44,518 nt of DNA, from contig NC_057758.1 of NCBI RefSeq assembly GCF_004010195.1, positions 2,258,166 to 2,302,683 of the forward strand, read 5' to 3'. The translations under genes and the position numbers were made by a program. Source of the stretch: Chiloscyllium plagiosum (Eukaryota). Shown here in pieces: positions 12,555 to 24,589 of this stretch; position 1 is the stretch's first letter; each line of letters begins with the position of its first letter. A model generated the notes under the pieces. That model saw nothing but the letters and a program-made list of their open reading frames with translations. It ran no database searches and was not told the DNA's origin.

Positions 12555-12745
12555 AAAGTACTGCAGCTGCTGGAGATCAGAATTAAAAACAGAAAATGCT
12601 GGAAAATCTCAGGTCTGCCAGCATCAGTGCAGAGAAACACAGAGTTAATGTTTTGAGTCCAATATGACACTTCTTCGGAACTGAGTTAACTCTGTTTCTC
12701 TCTGGCAGACTTGTTGAGTTTCTCCAGAAACTCTGTTTTCTTACA
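12555..12745. mobile_element. Short inverted-repeat PLE-terminus derivative
   Basis: Arms AGAGAAACACAGAGTTAA / TTAACTCTGTTTCTCT around a decayed hammerhead-like core. Confidence 0.6.
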
Positions 12746-13029
12746 TTAATGAAGTTACTTTTTCTATATACACAAGCAAATTTCTCATGCGACAAGGCAT
12801 AGTCTAGTTTTCAAGTGCAAGATTCAAAGATAGGGCCTAAGGTTGTCATAATTTAGAGGTTATAAACTATGATTCCATTTAAATAATATTTCGATTTTAT
12901 GTTAATATTTACAATATAAAAGCAAGAGTCAGGTCAGTTTAGGAAAGAGAGAAGTAAGGCAAGGATACAGTTTCCATCGTCCCAGAGAATGTACGGTTGC
13001 TCTCTCTTGTTAGAGGTAAGACCAGAAGA

Positions 13030-13865
13030 CCATATAAGCAGAAAATAGGCCATTCGGACCACAGAATGTTCCACCATTCAATCGTGGCTGACAGGTCTTT
13101 CAAAACCATTTTCCCACTTTCTCCCTATAAACTTTGATCCCCTTGGCAATCAAGAACTTATCGATCTCTGTCTTAAATATATTCAATGATCTGGCCTCCG
13201 CAGCCTTCTGTGGCAATGAATTCCACAGGTTCACCATTCAATGGCTCCAGAAGTTTCTCCGCATCTACATTCTAAAGGGACTTCCCTTTAATCTAAAGCC
13301 CTACACCCTAGGGTCCCCATCTCTCCTGCCAATGGAAACATCTTCCCAACATCCACTCTGTCCAGGCCGGTCAGTATCCTGTAAGGTTCAATCAGATCAC
13401 CCATCATCTTTCTAAACTCCATCGAATATAGTCCCAGAGTCTTCAAACGTTCCTCATATGTTAAGCCTTTCATTCCTGGAATCATTCTCATCAACCTCCT
13501 CTGGAACTACCCCAGGGCCAATACATCCTTCCTGAGGTATGGGGCCCAGAATTGCTCACAATACTCTAAATGTGGTCTTATAAAGCTTCAGATGTACATA
13601 CATCCCTGCTTTTATATTCTAGTCCTCTCGAGATGAATGACAACATTGTATTTGCCTTCCTAATTACCAACTCAATCTGCAAGACTACCTTAACATGATC
13701 TTGGACTCGGACTCCCAAGTCCCATTGTACTCCAGATTTCTGAATTTTCTTCCCACTTAGAAAATAGCCCGTGCCTCTATTATTCCTTCCAAACTGCATG
13801 ACGTCATACTTTCCCACACTGTACTTCATCTGCCACTTCTTAGCCCACTCTCCTAACCTGTCTAA
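13030..13865 (-). mobile_element. CR1 LINE 3' portion
   Basis: RMIPGMKGLTYEERLKTLGLYSMEFRKMMGDLIE and KANTMLSFISRGLEYKSRDV. Confidence 0.9.
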
Positions 13866-14689
13866 TAGATAACTGTTGGTAGTTTTACTGGAGGGTCACC
13901 ATGCCTCAGGAGAGGGGTGACTTTTAGAAGGTAAGACCTCCATGGTAAATTCAGCTGGTGCAGGTTTCATGCAAACAGAGAAGGAGAACATTTTGGAAAA
14001 TAAAATTTCCCGACTGAGATACAGAAATGTGGTATTAGAACATTGGCGGTGGCAGGAAAAAACAACTGTACTATGACAAGTCTTTGTACCCAAGTTGTCA
14101 TTCCAAAAATGAACATCGAGTTCTATAACAGAAAAAGCTGACACAGAGTATAATGAGGATACAACAACGGAAAGTAAAGTGTTATAAACAGGAGTCATAC
14201 TCAAGTGTGTGATTTTGAGTGTACTTTACAGTGTGGGCACCTGTGACTTTGTACAAAGGGAATCTAGTTTTGTTGTATATTTTGCATAAAGTGAGGTCTG
14301 GTTTAAAATCAGTGGATAATTAATTCAATACATTAGACATAATTCATCTTCCACTTTAAAGTTATTTCTGTTCTTATCTTTGTATTTTTCCATTGATGGT
14401 TTAGCAATATTTCCACTGAAAAGTGTCATTGCAAACTTAAGTAGGTAGTTTCAATTCTAAATCTAAACATAGTTTTATAAACAATTGATGGAGGACTTAG
14501 ATGTTAGTTTTTTTTATGTTTACTCTAGATAAAACTAAGGTAGTGCATATTATTTATGCATTTAAAATATGATAATATTTGCAATACAACTTCAGCGGTG
14601 TAATAGGATTTGCTCACATTCCAGTTTCCTTGTAAGGGATGTTATCGATTCAAGTCCAACAGATTTGTTATTAGCCAAATCCAAAGAAA

Positions 14690-15020
14690 GTACCTGCATT
14701 TGCATAGCATTTTTTATTACCTTAGGCAATCATAAAGCATTTTACAATCAATTAACTATAATCTGAACTGCAAATACTGTTGTAACACAGAAAAGCACAG
14801 CAGCCAACCTGAGCATTGAGAGCTCCCACAAAAACAATAACAACTAACCAGGTAATCAATGTTAGTGATTGAGGAATAAATATGCACAAGGAAACCAAAG
14901 AGAATTCTCCTGTTCTTGTGGGAGCCTTCGGTTCACCATCTCATCTCAAAGACAGCAACTCCAATAGTGGAGCCCACCTTCAAAACTACATTGAAGTGTC
15001 AGCATATAATTTGTGCTGAA
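14690..15020 (-). mobile_element. SacSINE1/DeuSINE-like SINE, degenerate
   Basis: Recalled similarity to that family's consensus, e.g. TGCATTT..ATAGC, GCAGCCAA and GATTGAGG-ATAAATAT. Confidence 0.55.
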
Positions 15021-15744
15021 CTGGAAGGTTTTCAGTTTTGTGTGCCAGAACGCTGATGTCAGGGTTAAAGAGGTGTCACAATATTGCACGGTGTGGGATT
15101 TTCCTCAAATTAGCCAATTAATGGCTAGAGATCAGACTTGCTATTCACATAAAGACAGTGGCTGGGCTCTCAAAAGTGGACAACCAATAGGAGACAATCC
15201 AGTTCCATTGGAAGGAGAAACCGGTTTTCCAGATAAGACATATAGTACTCTCATGATGGAGTCCCCATTTGTCCAACTTTTTAAAACTTATAAATAAAGG
15301 TGCCCTCAGTAGGCCACCACTATGGACAGGGAAGCCAGTATGGGGAAAACCTGCCTGGAGTGTCACCATCGTCTTTCAGCCCCATTCTCCCACTGGGAGG
15401 GTCCCTCGAGAAGAGGGAACTTGTCCCTGATGCCTTTTGGCCTCTGACAGTAGGCCTGAGGTGGCTATTAAAGTCCAATAATCATTACCACTAATATTGC
15501 AAACAGCTAGCCCAGCTCTCTGCCATCTGCTTCTCAGAAAATAGTCTGGGCCATGACAGTGCCAACAAACCGGCAAACTTCCATTACATGGATTTTCACA
15601 GTTATCGCTGCCTCTGCACTTGACCCAAGCTGGAGTTGAAAGTCCTTTCCAACATCTCTGGAATGGGATGTGAGAATGTTCCTACAGAGTTAAAGATAAC
15701 ACAATTCTGCATGTAAAAACAGAAAACACTGGAGATACATGATT

Positions 15745-15965
15745 TCACCAACCTGTAAGTTCCCCTCCAAGCCACCCAGACTTGGAAATATATTGCCATT
15801 CCTTCAGTGTCATCAGGTCAAATTTGAAGAACTCCCAATTGAATGGCATTGTGAGTCCACCTATACCAAATGGTCTGCAGTGGTTCAAGAAGGGAGCTCA
15901 TCACCACTTTCTCAAGGATGACTAGGGATGCACAAATGCTGACCAGCCAGCAATAACAATATCAT
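15745..15965 (+). mobile_element. LINE (CR1/L2 group) 3' end
   Basis: GLQWFKKGAHHHFLK-type ORF2 terminus. Confidence 0.6.
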
Positions 15966-15974
15966 AGAAGTAAA

Positions 15975-16145
15975 AAAAGCTCAGCAAGTTTGGCAGCATC
16001 TCTAGAGAGAGAAACAGTGTTAATATTCTGAGCTCTGAAGAGTCATATTGGACTCAAAATATTAACTATGTTTCTCTCTCCACGGATGACATTCTGAGTA
16101 TTGCCAGCATTTTCAGTTGCTGTGTCTGACTTCCCATCTACAGTA
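15975..16145. mobile_element. Short inverted-repeat PLE-terminus derivative
   Basis: Arms GAGAGAGAAACAGTGTTAATA / TATTAACTATGTTTCTCTCTC around CTGAAG-AGTC ATATTG GACTC AAAA. Confidence 0.6.
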
Positions 16146-16425
16146 GATTAGATTACCTACAGTGTGGAAAAAGGCACTTCGGCCCAACCAGTTCAAACTG
16201 ACCTTCTGGAGAGTAACTCACCCCCCTCTGATTAATGCACCTTACACTATGGGCAATTTAACTTGGCCAATTCACCTGACCCACACACCTTTGGACGATG
16301 GGAGGAAACACACGCAGACACAGGAAGAACGTGCAAACTCCACACAGTCAGACACCCAAGGCTGGAATCGAACCTGGGACCCTGATGCTGTGACGCAGCA
16401 GTGCCTCCAGTGAGCCACCATGCCA
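16145..16425 (-). mobile_element. HE1-like V-SINE, older and internally deleted
   Basis: B box GGTTCGATTCC, V-domain TGTGTGGAGTTTGCACGTTCT and (TAATC)n tail. Confidence 0.8.
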
Positions 16426-17659
16426 GCCTGCAAAGTATGTTGCTTTTACTCAACTCTGCATGTTTGTAATATCATTAAATGTCGTAGTGGCTCCAAAATA
16501 TCGAGCTCTGTTTTTTATGAAATTCAAGGGTTGTATTGGTACATACAACATATAATTAGAATGTCAAATGAAAAGACACATTTTGGATATGCAAATTACA
16601 ATTCAAAATGTGATATTGCTGTAGAAATTAGAAACTGTAGGCCCTAACTTTACAACAGTAGAAAAATACAACTGGCTTTAGAATATCATATTGATGACCA
16701 GTATTCGTTATTTCTAATTTACATGCATCAGTTTAACAAGTCCCTGTAACTGGAGCCCCACAAGTCATATCTTTATGAAAATTTAGATACAGTGACCAAT
16801 GGGTTAAATCTAATCATGGTTGAAATATAATTTCACCTAAAAAAGACTTTAATTTATTAAATACAATTTATTTTCTTACATCACATTTTTTCTTACTTTT
16901 CCAAACTAGAATTTTGTTTAAATTATTTAATAAACACCATATACGGTCATTCAAATACTGAGTGGGCTTGACTTTATTTAACATAAATTTATTTTAATGC
17001 TTCAGAAGGGAATCTTTATTTTCTGGGGTGTGCAAGGGGTTGGGGCAAAGGGAGAAGTTGTTAAAGCAACTGAAATAACATAAACTTGTGAAAATCTTGA
17101 ATGAAGATCATAATTAACATTGGATCTTCAAATGCAATTCAATGTTATTGTGTTACAAAAATGTAAATATTGGATTTAGCTCCTTTCACCTTTCTTGCTC
17201 TTTCTGTTCACTGATTTTAGCAAACACCTAATTCCTACTTTTATACTCAACACATCAAATTTGATAACAAGGACCAAATTATCCTTTTACTCTTGCACTG
17301 ATCAAAACAGGAAAGTAAAAGCTTCGCTCAAGCATTGTCTTCATAGCTGAATGAGACAAACATTATCAAATCCTGCCAAATGAACAAAGCTCACCGGTTC
17401 AAAGAAATTGTGTGGTTTGGCAAACTAACAGTTAAAAAATTAATCAGTATCATTTTACAATCTAGGGATTTATCAGTTAAAAACTCAAACTGAAGTACCT
17501 TAACCTTGCTCCAAGCTGAATTAATGATGTCACTCTAGGGTGATTAATTATTTTTAACGCTGCCTTTCACACAGCGTTTGACGAGCATGATGTTAAATAT
17601 TCTAACACACCTGCTTTGTATCTCAAAGTGGCTGCCATCTATAAACCACAGTAGTCTCG

Positions 17660-18011
17660 TTATTAGATTAGATTACACGTTATTAGATTACATTACAGTG
17701 TGGAAACAGGCCCTTCGGCCCAACAAGTCCACACCGACCCGCCGAAGCGCAATCCACCCATACCCCTACATTTAACCCTTACCTAACACTACGGGCAATT
17801 TAGCATGGCCAATTCACCTGACCCTGCACATCTTTTGGATTGTGGGAGGAAACCGGAGCACCCGGAGGAAACCCACGCAGACACGGGGAGAACGTGCAAA
17901 CTCCACACAGTCAATCGCCTGAGGCGGGAATTGAACCCGGGTCTCCGGTGCTGTGAGGCAGCAGTGCTAACCACTGTGCCACCGTGCCGCCCACTGCCAC
18001 CGTGCCGCCCA
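17660..18011 (-). mobile_element. HE1-like V-SINE, young and full length
   Basis: tRNA-derived head with A box TGGCACAGTGG and B box GGTTCAATTCC; V-domain GTTTGCACGTTCTCCCCGTGTCTGCGTGGGTTTCCTCCGGGTGCTCCGG; CR1-like tail ending in (TAATC)n; CpGs retained. Confidence 0.9.
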
Positions 18012-19194
18012 CAATATCTCCTTGATTATTGTTAAGCATTTTAAGAAATTTAGCATTCAGAGGGTGCCAACTATTGCAAAAAGAACTTCCATCCTCCCTG
18101 GGTAATAGCAAAACTGAAAGAGTTACACGCAGTGGAAACTGCAAATACTGCACTGGCATTACTCTCCATTACAGAACTGCTTTCCTCTCCCTCCTTTGTT
18201 TAGAATCAAATTGTCAAAAGTTTTTTCAAGCATATTGTAAAGTCTTCATACTTATCATGACAGTATTAGCGTAGTTACTAAATTTTTCCTTCATTCCAAC
18301 AATGCTGCCACTCATGATGTTGCATTCTGGCCACAGCAGGATCGCATTTGACTTCAGTGTGTTCTTTCCTTACTAATTGATATTGACACATATAAACCAA
18401 CTAAATAAGGAGTAGCTATGAACCTGTAGAATGATTTTGTCTGACTTTATGACATTTCATTCGTGCATGCACTATTAACTCTTTCCCTGTCAACTGAGCT
18501 GGAAAGATTCCAAAAAGTTGATTTGAAAAAAAAAATTTTTCCGTCATACCTCATTTATACATAATTACATATAACTTGATGAAGCCACTGTGGTCTTTTT
18601 CAACCACACTCTGAATCTGATAAATAGACGTTTTGATCATTCTTACTAGATACTCAGAACTGTTCATTGCTATTTCCAAAAAGAAAACAATTCCTTCCTT
18701 GTCTCCTGCAGGTTGGAGCTCCTGCGGCAATATTCGCCATAGAGGGTCCAACATCCAGTGCTGAATAAATGTAAACACATTGAACACGTATTCATCCCTG
18801 AGGGGATTTCGTGGAGTGCCTGCTCCTTGGAACGGGGTCACTTAACACGCGATTTACCTTTTGTTCAATTCATTGGCATGCAGCCATTGACAAAAGGAAA
18901 AGGTCAGGAGTAGTATTTTCTGGAGAAGGTTGTTTATAGAATGTTTCAGGCAGTGTCGGGTCCAGAATGTTTCAGGGAAAGTTTTCTAGGACATTCCCGG
19001 ACACTCGACCACTTGGAGGGAAGGAAGAAAAATGAAATGTCAACATTCATTCTGAGTGTGCTAGACTCAAAATACGTGGATATACTGATAATGTTGTGTA
19101 AGGCTCCAGTCCGACCAGATTTGGAATATCGTGTGTCAATTAATCTAAATTATCGTTGGGAGTCAGGGCAAAGCATATGAACCAGGAGCAGGCG

Positions 19195-20099
19195 TTAATT
19201 TTGCTTTTTGATTAAATGCGTGATCAGACTGAAGGGATATATCAACAAATGTTTGAATTGTCCGCTGAACCTATTCTGTGTCACGACGAAGATTCCAGTC
19301 TTTGTGCAGCAACTCAGGAGCTGTAGAATAAATCCTAATTCTTGGACATACACAGGCACATAAGTAAAATAGCCCAGATTATCCATTCGTTCAAGTATTG
19401 CATTCACGGCAAACACTGCCCACACCAAGAAGAAGTTGCCTGAAATCAGAAACAGAAGAACAATTGATTTTCTCCGGTTCTCCATCTCCGTGTCTCTGGG
19501 ACACTCCCCATTTTTGTGAGCCCGGAGTCTCCTGCGGGCTTTGCTGCTCACTACAATATGTCTGATGGTGAAAATGTTGAGCTGCAGAATCAGAACGAAT
19601 GGGAGACAGGGTGTGAGAATGTAGTGACCAATTTCAATTCTGGCCCATAACTCTAAGTTGTCATCACTCTACTCTATACCACAAAACATAGGATGATTAG
19701 ATAAACCATAATTACTGTTATACATAAAATACCAGCTGATATTATTTAAACAGCTCAGTGCAGTCACTGTTCCGAGAATCACTGCCGCTTTTTTCTCATT
19801 GCAATATTTCGTTTTGAACTTGTGACAACGAATGGCTACCAAGCGGTCGAAGGTGAAGGTGACTGTGAACCAGACAGAGCAATCGGATGCTGCATAAAGC
19901 AGGACAGCATGAATGTTGCACGCATGTATATACCCCAGGAAAGTGAAGACTTCTGGATAAACACTTGGAATATGTCTCAATATCAGGTCAAGGATGACCA
20001 CTAGTAAATCTGCGATTGCCATGACCATCAGATAGAGAGCCACACATCTGGAGAGTCCACACTTCCCACAGAACAGGATCACAATCGTCACTGTATTAA
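19195..20099 (-). pseudogene. GPR139/GPR142-like class A GPCR, main coding exon (TM1 end to C-terminus), with one in-frame TAG and no exon 1 found
   Basis: ORFs 19669-20157 and 19195-19551 share a frame and are separated only by the TAG at 19669-19671. Motifs: VN.VTIVIL, YLMVMAIADLLV, DCSVWFTVTFTFDRLVAI, PF.LIL.LN.FTIRHI, DTEMENRRKSIVLLF.ISG.F, LQLLSCCT. Splice acceptor TTTCCTTTTCCACAG (AG at 20101-20100), phase 1, just before the TM1 Asn as in GPR139. Confidence 0.9.
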
Positions 20100-20469
20100 C
20101 TGTGGAAAAGGAAACTACGATATAACACTTAACGATTGATGAAGGAAGTATCTGCAATATTCAATGTTCATTTCATCCATAAGTGGTGCACAAACATGAC
20201 TGTGCTCATTTAGCACCTTAATATAGCACTTAGAAGACATATGTTTTAAATTCAGATGTAAACTTTCATACATAATAACTTATTTAGTGACTGACTGCCT
20301 TAATAGAATAATGAATGATCCAACAGGAGCAGTACAGAAATAAGGGACAGAAAATTGTTTAAAGTACAAAGCAAAAGCAGAACACATTAATTAGTTTGAA
20401 ATCCTGATTGTCATTTAATATTCTATTTGTGGATAGGCCCACACATACTGACTTTTAATTCAAAGTACA

Positions 20470-20815
20470 AAAACAGAAATTGCTGGAAAAGCTCAACAAC
20501 TCTCTCAACAACTCTGTCCGCATATGTGGAGAGAAATCAGAGTTAATTTTTCTGGTCCAGTGATCCTTCTTCAAAACTAGACAGAAACGTTAACCCTGAT
20601 TTTTCTCCACGGATGCTGCCATGCCTGCTGAGCAATTTCTGCTTTTGTTTCAGACTTCCAGCATCTAACTTTTCTGGTCCAGTGATCCTTCTTCAAAACT
20701 AGACTGAAACGTTAACCCTGATTTTTCTCCACGGATGCTGCCATGCCTGCTGAGCATCTTCAGCAATTTCTGCTTTTGTTTCAGACTTCCAGCATCTGCA
20801 ATTCTTTGGGTTTGA
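20470..20815. mobile_element. PLE-terminus inverted-repeat derivative with internal 122-bp tandem duplication
   Basis: TCTGGTCCAGTGATCC starts at both 20551 and 20673; arms CAGAAATTGCTG / CAGCAATTTCTG. Confidence 0.7.
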
Positions 20816-20989
20816 AGAGCTGACTTGACCGAATACACTGAGACTTATTGATCATTGCGAGTCTTTACCACTATAGTACAATTACCACAAGACAACATTT
20901 AAATATAATTTAAAAAGAATGTTGTAAATATTCTCCAATCCTCGGATTTTTGTAGTCCTGAAGATCAACTTGCTAGGATGAGATGTAAA

Positions 20990-21520
20990 GACTCGCAATG
21001 ACACACCCGTACACACAGAAAGGCTAGAAGACCATTACAACCTTACAATGTCACATTGTTACTAGTCACAATTGTAAACACTCACAATGATATATATTTA
21101 CAGACCCACATGCAATGACAAACATGCATGACATAAACATACGCACAGGGTCACACAATGACGCTTTCACAATGACACTAATACATAAAATGATACTCTC
21201 ACGATGACGCACTCACATAATTGCACACTATAGCACATATTCAGACACACATGCAATAGCATACAGCCAACATGCACCCAATTATACGCAACCATGCATA
21301 TTCAGATGAACATACAATGACGCACTGATACCGCACGCACGCACTTGCACACAAAATAGCACATACGACTGCAAACGTTCAAAAACATTCACACTGACGC
21401 CCTCACAATGATATGCACACTTTCACATGCACAATCACACACAAGAACAAGTAATCACAGGTACAAAAAATGAGATGCACAAAATCACAAACACAGTAAC
21501 ACATACAATCAGAAACATTC
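20990..21520. repeat. Degenerate CA-rich low-complexity tract (ACACAATGAC-like units)
   Basis: Directly visible. Confidence 0.7.
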
Positions 21521-21521
21521 A

Positions 21522-21950
21522 CAGGGAAAGTCGGTTTTGGAATGTTCGGAAGAATGTTTGGCATAGAATGCTCTGGGAATGTCATGTATAGAACGTTTCA
21601 AAGAATCTCGGCTATAAAATGTTCTGGGGAATGTCTTTCACAGAACATCCGAGGGAATGTCGGGTATTAAACATCCCGGGAAATGTCAGTACAGATCATT
21701 CTGCATAATGTCGGACAGAGAATGGTCCAAGAATGTCACGCGAAAAAGCATTCCTGGGAATGTGCAGCATTTGATTCTCCGGGAATTTTGGGTATAGAAC
21801 GTTCCAGAGAATGTTTTTTACTGGAAGTCCCAGACAATATCGGGTATTGAACGTGTCCAGATATGTTCGGGTCCGTCACTTCTGGGGAATGTCGGTTACA
21901 ATGTCGGGCAGAGAATGTTGGTTATAGCATTTTCCGGGAAAGGTCGGGTA
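21522..21950. repeat. 26-bp minisatellite (inverted, shortened paralogue of 4195-5560; continues at about 18930-18982)
   Basis: Reverse-complement match to the left arm. Confidence 0.9.
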
Positions 21951-21957
21951 TGCAGAA

Positions 21958-22575
21958 TATCCGTTGCACCCGATGTGGTCTCCTCTACATTGGGGAGACA
22001 GGCCGCCTACTTGTGGAACGTTTCAGGGAACACCTCTTGGACACCCGCACCAACCAACCCAACCGCCCTATGGCTGAACACTTTAATTCCCCCTCCCACT
22101 CCGCCAAATACATGCAGGTCCTTGGCCACCTCCATCGCCAGACGCTGACCACACTACGCCTGGAGGAAGACCAACTCATCTGCCACCTAGAAACCCTCCA
22201 ACCACACGGGATTAATGTAGATTTCTCCAGGTTCCTCATTTTCCCTGCCCCCATCTTATCTCAGTCCCAACCCCCGGATTCAGCACCGCCCTCTTAACCT
22301 GCAATCTTCTTCCTGACCTCTCCGCCCCCACCCCTCTCCTACCTATCACCCTCACCCTCACCTACTTCCACCTATCGTATTCCCAGTGCCTCTCCCCTAA
22401 ATTCCCTCCCCCCACCCTTTCGCTCAGCCCGCTTGGCACACCAGCCTCATTTCTGAAGAAGGGCTTATGCCCAAAACGTCGATTCTCCTGCTTCGTGGAT
22501 GCTGCCTGGCCTGCTGTGTTTTTCCAGCACGATATTTTTCAACTCTGCTACTCCAGCATCTGCAGTCCTCACCAC
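21958..22575 (+). mobile_element. PLE 3' fragment: GIY-YIG endonuclease remnant plus terminal repeat
   Basis: IRCTRCGLLYIGETGRLLVERFREHL..AEHFNSPSHS..RLEEDQLICHLETLQPHGINVDF, followed by a C-rich tract and a hammerhead-like terminus at 22449-22484. Confidence 0.9.
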
Positions 22576-23474
22576 CTCCTAGTGGGAATGATGAGGGAAG
22601 CGAAGCGAATTTTAAGCCATGTATCAAGGGGACGGACTTTATCCGAGAAGCCATCATTTCTTTTTACATGGAAATGGATGACTGCTTCAGAATGAAGAGG
22701 CTGTGACTGCTGAGAGTACAGTGAGTATTCACCAACATGATCTACTGTGCATGGGCACACTGTAACGAAGTGTTAACAAAGTGTTCAATCATACGATTCA
22801 GAACTGAAGGCTTTGCCAGATCAACTGAAATGATCAGTTATATTACATTCTCAAACCATCTTACAGAATCAGCTTAGACGCCATAAACCAAGGTGAGCTA
22901 TAGGTCCTGCACCAGGAGCTACACTCACCAGAGCAATGAATTGATATATAAGCACGGACGAGATATCTGTCCAGCACTGGGAGCCATAAAAACCACAGCA
23001 GAAAAGTTATACGCAGGCCACTCTGTTCGAAAATGTTGGGCTGAATTTTATTGCACATTCTCTAACTTAAAATATTTTTTGATATACTCTTCCAAATTAT
23101 AGTGAGAATGGATTTTAAAGTTCTGAAACATTTTGAAAGGCGGCATATGGGCTAGCAATTGGCATGTTCAACTCCTTCTGTTAATATCTCAGGGACAGAA
23201 TTGCAAGGGATCGGACGAAGCTACTCTGAGTCTCTAAAATCATTCTTTGACGAAAGAAACAGCCGTGAAATATCCAACAAATGGCGGTAAAGTCGAAATG
23301 CTTCCGCTAGAGTTTCTCTACTCTGCTTGTTATTAGTCTGTTTCTTTCTTTTCGTGTTTTGTGATGTGCTCTCTTTCTCAACCTGTTAACACTTTAATAT
23401 AACTCTGAGGGGAATAGGGAGATGTGTTTCAGACCAGAGGCTGACACGTGAGCCGAGGCCACGATATTTAAAGC

Positions 23475-23990
23475 ACTGTACGTCTGAGACTGGGCCAGCG
23501 TCGTCAGATGACTGGGCACGATGTGATCTGGAGACAGGATCCTGTGCGGCCTAGAGACAGGGTCCTACGTTGTCTGGAGACTGGGCTCGATACAGTTTGG
23601 AGACTCGACCCAATGAGTCTGGAGACTGAGCCCACTTCATTCTGAAGACTGGGCCTGCTACGGTCTGGAGACTCGGCCCAGTACTGTCTGAAGACTGAGC
23701 CCAGTGCAGTTTTGAGACTAGTTTAGCGCGGCCTGGAGACTGGACCCTGCACGGTCTGAAGACTTGGCTTAGTGCAGTCTGGAGACTGGGCACGGTGCAG
23801 ACTGGAGATTTAGCCGGTGGGTTTTTGAGACTGGGCCCGGTGTGGTCTGGAGTCTTGGCCCAGTGCCGTCGGAAGTGTGGGCACGGTGCTATCTCGAGAC
23901 TGGGTTCAGCATGATTCAGTGACTGGGCCCAGTGCGGTCTGGAGACTGTGCCCAGTGCCTCTTGGAAACTTGGTGCTGGCACAGACTGAA
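23475..23990. repeat. 23-bp minisatellite (inverted paralogue of 2405-2960)
   Basis: GTCTGGAGACTGGGCCCAGTGC units. Confidence 0.9.
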
Positions 23991-24437
23991 GTGAAGGGAC
24001 TGGAAGTCAAATCCGTTATTTTCTCCTTGTTGTTCCTCTGCTGGACTTTCATTTATTACCCTTTCAATTTTGTACCAAATACATAAGAATCTGCACATAG
24101 ATATGTTGCACCTGAGATGGCGCCATAAATGAGGACATTGCAAACTTTACACTGCACCAGAGTGCACGTGGCAATGTAGCCAATGCGGTTCAAATATGAG
24201 GGAGTCATTGTCTATGATGCCTTTCAAATAACAAAGCTGCTGCTTCTGCAGCAGCGTCGCATGGCCAGTAGACGAGGGTGATGCATCACTTTCAACAAAA
24301 GAGGGAGACTGACGAAGAGTGATTGAGAGAATATGAAGGGGCCTTTGATCCCTATTTCAATGGATTCATTCCCAAAACAACAGAACACCAAATACTCACA
24401 GATGCAGATGCTGAGTTGCACACAGTAATACACTGAA

Positions 24438-24460
24438 ACACATACACACACACACACACA

Positions 24461-24503
<43 letters not shown>

Positions 24504-24514
24504 ACACACACACA
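24438..24514. repeat. (CA)n microsatellite
   Basis: Directly visible. Confidence 0.95.
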
Positions 24515-24589
24515 TGCCGGCCTTGCCATTCAATAAGATCATGGCTGAACTGATTTCGATCTCAACTTTGTTTCTTCTTGGGAAGTAAG

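Larger units (their letters stand above)
18983..21521. other. 2539-bp insertion carrying a GPCR exon, flanked by a 10-bp direct repeat
   Basis: CAGGGAAAGT at 18973-18982 and 21522-21531; single copy (ACTTTCCCTG, 5512-5521) in the left arm. Confidence 0.85.

Noticed and set aside
17930..18011. tRNA gene
   Set aside because: The A and B boxes belong to the tRNA-derived head of a V-SINE; the V-domain follows directly
18712..18902. Plus-strand exon (good acceptor, AG|GTCAGG donor)
   Set aside because: Stops in all three frames, no recognisable protein, and it straddles the duplication breakpoint
20100..20157. N-terminus MQILPSSIVK.. of ORF 19669-20157 as the receptor start
   Set aside because: It lies upstream of a clear splice acceptor at the conserved intron position, so it is intronic read-through
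18983..21521. Helitron or Pack-MULE origin of the GPCR cassette (minus-strand end has CTAG; TSD is 10 bp)
   Set aside because: Helitrons make no TSD, and I see no 5' TC or subterminal hairpin; there are no terminal inverted repeats as MULEs require
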